Shown here one piece after another: positions 60,607 to 64,000 of a DNA stretch of 64,000 bases; position 1 is the stretch's first letter; each line of letters opens with the position of its first letter. Source of the DNA: Gemmatimonadota bacterium (GTDB lineage Bacteria > Gemmatimonadota > Gemmatimonadetes > Gemmatimonadales > GWC2-71-9). The DNA lies in assembly GCA_036679605.1 (NCBI GenBank), contig JAZDCZ010000011.1, positions 32,001 to 96,000 of the forward strand, in the 5' to 3' direction. A program made the position numbers and the translations under genes. The notes beneath the pieces were generated by a model. That model was not told where the DNA came from. It did no database searches and worked only from the letters and a program-made list of their open reading frames with translations.

Positions 60607-63606
60607 CTACCGGCCGATTGCCTCGATCGATGCCCTCTCCAGCTGCTCCAGCGAGACACCGTAGATCGATTCCAGACGGCTGATATTCGCGCTCCGAGCG
60701 GCCTCGTCGCTTACGTTCGCTAGTGTGCGATAAGCCTCCAAGAACTTCTCGCGGCCGTAGTTTTCAATGAGGAACTTGATGAAGGCCGCGGCCAGCGGAT
60801 AGGCTATCACCGGTCGGCTTGCCGAGGAGCCGATCTGACTAAAACCGAGCAACTCGGCCAGCGGTATCCACTCATCCGCCGCTTTGAGCTGACGCGCTCT
60901 GCCAAAGATCGTCTGGTCGCCGCCGCCAAGATATTTCAGCGCGGAAGCGCGCCCGAGGCGCTCGGCTAGATAGACGGCTACGCCTTCGCGGAATACGGCC
61001 GGCGGATTGCCGACATCGTTCATGACCACGTGCGCGGGCTCGTGATAGGGATCGAGCTTCGTTTGGTCGCTGTACACCTCGACCATTCGTTTGCCGGTCG
61101 CCCAGCCATGACCTTGATGCCCGGTCGCCAGTAACTTGGATCGCTCGTCCTCGAAGAGAAAAAGCTCGATCCGCTGCACCTTGGCTGAGGAGACGAACGC
61201 AGCAATCTCCGCGTACGCCCGCTCACGTTGTGAGGCGATGGTATCGATATCACGCTCGGCAGTGCTACCGGGCCAATAGAAGATGTCATAGTACTCGGTC
61301 TCACGGTGCTGCATGTCCTGCCGTAGGCGCTCGTCCCAGGACGACCACTCGAGCGCGGCCGGTACGCCAATTATCCGATCCACGCGCCACGCGTTTTCCC
61401 GTCGAACGACATCCACCGTCCAGGTCTGGTCGGCGCGCTCGGCGGTCAGCGTGAACCCATCGTCGCGTCGGTATAGTGCGGTGGGATGCAACTCGATGAA
61501 CTCGTCCCGACTCCAGCTGATGGTGAACCATCGTCCCTCTCCTTGCATCGCGCCGAGAAACTCTGCTGCAGCATCGTCGAACTCCACCTTCTGCCAATCC
61601 CGCGTGAAGATGCTCAAGGCCTGCTCGTATTGCCCGTCGCTAAGTAGTTGCTGCAAGTCGCCGAACACGGCCATGATCGGTTCCGCCTCCTCAGCAGCCA
61701 AGTCGATCGGATCGCCCGCGACCCGCTCGCGTACCGGAAGCTCGTTGGCGAGCAGCTTGCGCTGATCGCCGAACTTGGCCTGCTCCCAATCACCCTGGGT
61801 CAGCAGCGACGAAAAGCGAAGCAGCACGTACGTCTGGGGCGTGACTGGCCCCATGATCTTGTACGGAAACCGGAGCGTTCTGGTCTGACCGGCGGCCAGG
61901 GGTTCAAAATACGTCTCGCTCGCACCGTACCCCTCCCTGCCGAAGTCGGGGCTCCACGTGAACACGAGGGTACCGAGTATCAAGTCCGTGGTTGCGGAAT
62001 TGCGTACCCTGACTCTGACGACGTTTGTTCCTTGGATTATAGGCTCGAAGGCAAGCTCGAGCACCTCCAACTTCTCTGCGGCAATCACCTGCCGCCATTC
62101 CGATTCGAGCTGCTCAAGTGGCCGACCATAGACCGCTTCCAGACGGCGGATGTTTTCACCGTGAACAGTCGTGTCGTTCGGGTTCATCAGATTGCTGTGG
62201 GCCTCGAAGAACTTTTCCTTACCGTGCTGCTCGACCAAGTACTTCACCAATGCCCCGGCGAGCGGATACGAGACCCGCGGCCGACTCGACCCGGAGCCAA
62301 TCTCCGTGAACGAAAGCAACTCGGTGAGCGACATCTCCTCACCGTCGGTCCAGAGCTGTAGGACAGTCTGGAATACCGTCTTCCCGGGCGCAAACCGGCG
62401 CCCGAGGCGCTCGGTCAGGTAGGTGGCCAAACCTTCATTCAGTGCCGCCGGCGGATCGCCGCGCTCATGCATCAGCACGTGCGTCGGCTCGTGATAGGGA
62501 TCGAGCTTCGTTTGGTCGTTGTACACCTCGACCATTCGGTTGCCGGTCGCCCAGCCGGCGCCGGTGTGGCCTGTCGCGAGCCACTTCGACCGGCCGTCCT
62601 CAAACAGAAAGAGCTGGAGCCGTGCCTGGCTAGGCGAAGCGGTCCATCGCGCAATCTCATCGTACGCTCGCTCCCTCTCCGCGACGATCGATTCGATCTC
62701 ACGCTCCGCGGTGCTGCCGGGCCAGTAGAAGATGTCATAGTGCTCGGTCTGGCGCTGATGCATTTCCTGGCGGAGGCGCTCGGCCCAGGACGACCACCCC
62801 AGCGCGGCCGGCACGCCGATTATCCGATCGATCCGCCACTCGTTCTCCTCTCGAACGACATCCACCGTCCAGGTCTGATCGGCGCGCTCGGCGGTCAGCG
62901 TGAACCCATCGTCACGTCGGTATAGTGCGGTGGGACGCAACTCGAGAAATTCATCCCGACTCCAGCTGACCGCGACCCATCGGCCCTTGCCCTGCATGGC
63001 ATCGGAGAAGCTCCCCATCCCGGTGAACTCCGTGGCAAGCCAGTCCTGGGTAAACAACTCCCGCGCCGCGTCATAATCCTGCTCGCGCAACGAGTGCTGC
63101 AGACGATCGAAGACATCGAGGATGGGGTGGGCGTCGGCGGCCGATGTCGGGACCGGCACACCGCTGATCACTTGGCGGATCGGCAGCTCGTCCGCACCGT
63201 ATCGACGCATCTCGTCGTGATTGGGATACTCCCATTCGTCCTTGCTCCGCAATGAATAGAAGCGCAGGCGCACGTACGTTGCGGGCGTTGGTGCGCCCAT
63301 CATCTTGAAGGCGAAACGGAACGTATTGGTCAGCCCTGCCCCGATAGGTTCGAAGTGTTCGGAGCCGGCCCCCCACCCTCCCCCAAGGTCCGGGGACCTG
63401 GCGTAAATGTGCACGCCGAAGACCAGGTCGACTGCTCGCGGGTTGTGGACCTTGATTCTGACCACATTCTTGCCTTGGGCAACGGGATCGAATGTGACCG
63501 CAAGCACGCTCAGCTTGTCGGACTCAGTTGCCTGTGCGGACCCCGTGGCGCTCGCGGCAAACACGATTGAGAGTCCGATGGTGATGCTCGCGACGATTGA
63601 CTTCAT
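60607..63606 (-). CDS. Secreted tandem-duplicated gluzincin (peptidase MA-like) protein
   Basis: Two 483-aa units, with HEPTH..LNEG and HEPAH..FREG; DNA repeat offset 1449 nt. Confidence 0.85.
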   Translation of the reverse strand: MKSIVASITIGLSIVFAASATGSAQATESDKLSVLAVTFDPVAQGKNVVRIKVHNPRAVDLVFGVHIYARSPDLGGGWGAGSEHFEPIGAGLTNTFRFAFKMMGAPTPATYVRLRFYSLRSKDEWEYPNHDEMRRYGADELPIRQVISGVPVPTSAADAHPILDVFDRLQHSLREQDYDAARELFTQDWLATEFTGMGSFSDAMQGKGRWVAVSWSRDEFLELRPTALYRRDDGFTLTAERADQTWTVDVVREENEWRIDRIIGVPAALGWSSWAERLRQEMHQRQTEHYDIFYWPGSTAEREIESIVAERERAYDEIARWTASPSQARLQLFLFEDGRSKWLATGHTGAGWATGNRMVEVYNDQTKLDPYHEPTHVLMHERGDPPAALNEGLATYLTERLGRRFAPGKTVFQTVLQLWTDGEEMSLTELLSFTEIGSGSSRPRVSYPLAGALVKYLVEQHGKEKFFEAHSNLMNPNDTTVHGENIRRLEAVYGRPLEQLESEWRQVIAAEKLEVLELAFEPIIQGTNVVRVRVRNSATTDLILGTLVFTWSPDFGREGYGASETYFEPLAAGQTRTLRFPYKIMGPVTPQTYVLLRFSSLLTQGDWEQAKFGDQRKLLANELPVRERVAGDPIDLAAEEAEPIMAVFGDLQQLLSDGQYEQALSIFTRDWQKVEFDDAAAEFLGAMQGEGRWFTISWSRDEFIELHPTALYRRDDGFTLTAERADQTWTVDVVRRENAWRVDRIIGVPAALEWSSWDERLRQDMQHRETEYYDIFYWPGSTAERDIDTIASQRERAYAEIAAFVSSAKVQRIELFLFEDERSKLLATGHQGHGWATGKRMVEVYSDQTKLDPYHEPAHVVMNDVGNPPAVFREGVAVYLAERLGRASALKYLGGGDQTIFGRARQLKAADEWIPLAELLGFSQIGSSASRPVIAYPLAAAFIKFLIENYGREKFLEAYRTLANVSDEAARSANISRLESIYGVSLEQLERASIEAIGR

Positions 63607-63631
63607 GAGCGAAGCTCTCCTCCGAGGCCAA

Positions 63632-63688
63632 CTAGTATCAAATAAGACTATTAGTACCAATTAGGACTATTAGTACCACTATACGTAG
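63632..63688. promoter_or_regulatory. Three tandem 19-bp operator boxes
   Basis: CTAGTATCAAATAAGACTA / TTAGTACCAATTAGGACTA / TTAGTACCA.. Confidence 0.7.
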
Positions 63689-63858
63689 GGCGTCGCGGAA
63701 TCGCAAGGTTACCGGATGGGCGTAGCGACTCGGGCGATAGAGGCTCGATCGCGTTGGCTCTCTTCTTAATGAAGGGATTACCGAATCGGGCGCACTTTCC
63801 TAAGGCGTCAATCGTCCAACTTGATGCTGCGACGATGGACGGGGACGTTACTCCGGCT

Positions 63859-64000
63859 TCATTCCTCTCTAAGCGCCACGATTGGACTTACCCTCGTCGC
63901 CCTACGTGCGGGAACATAGCAAGCGAGAAGTGACACAGCGGCGATTCCGGCCGCGGCCACTCCGTACGTCAGGGGGTCGACTGATTTCACGTCGAAAAGC
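63859..64000 (-). CDS. 3' end of a fourth ADOP-type permease, partial
   Basis: LFDVKSVDPLTYGVAAAGIAAVSLLACYVPARRATRVSPIVALREE*. Confidence 0.88.
   Translation of the reverse strand, partial: LFDVKSVDPLTYGVAAAGIAAVSLLACYVPARRATRVSPIVALREE

Overview
A GC-rich bacterial accessory region, probably from Gemmatimonadota or a similar lineage. That is an inference from the 'DSAGIxIVEN' beta-propeller paralogs, PadR/ADOP permease pairs and choice-of-anchor proteins. I found no rRNA, tRNA, CRISPR array, integrase or transposase. The first 30 kb is a patchwork of single secreted or lipoprotein genes, gene relics and several short repeat families. These include five copies of a GGGGCCTCC..GGAGGCCCC hairpin that separate gene-sized modules at 15.2-18.9 kb, and three copies of a CCTTGAGA-N22-TCTCAAG dyad. 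There is also a ~190 bp direct repeat, an inverted ~320/480 bp duplication and some degenerate attC-like sites. From 30 to 64 kb lies a peptidase/regulator/permease island: an ankyrin protein with a structured leader, serine hydrolase, EamA, TrmB, tricorn S41, a degenerate MocR, four ADOP-type ABC permeases (three with PadR, no ATPase), BlaI/BlaR1-like pair, S9, M1 and an internally duplicated gluzincin. A shared TAGTAC-N6-GTACTA operator occurs at three promoters. Product calls come from recognising motifs by eye; no database search was run.
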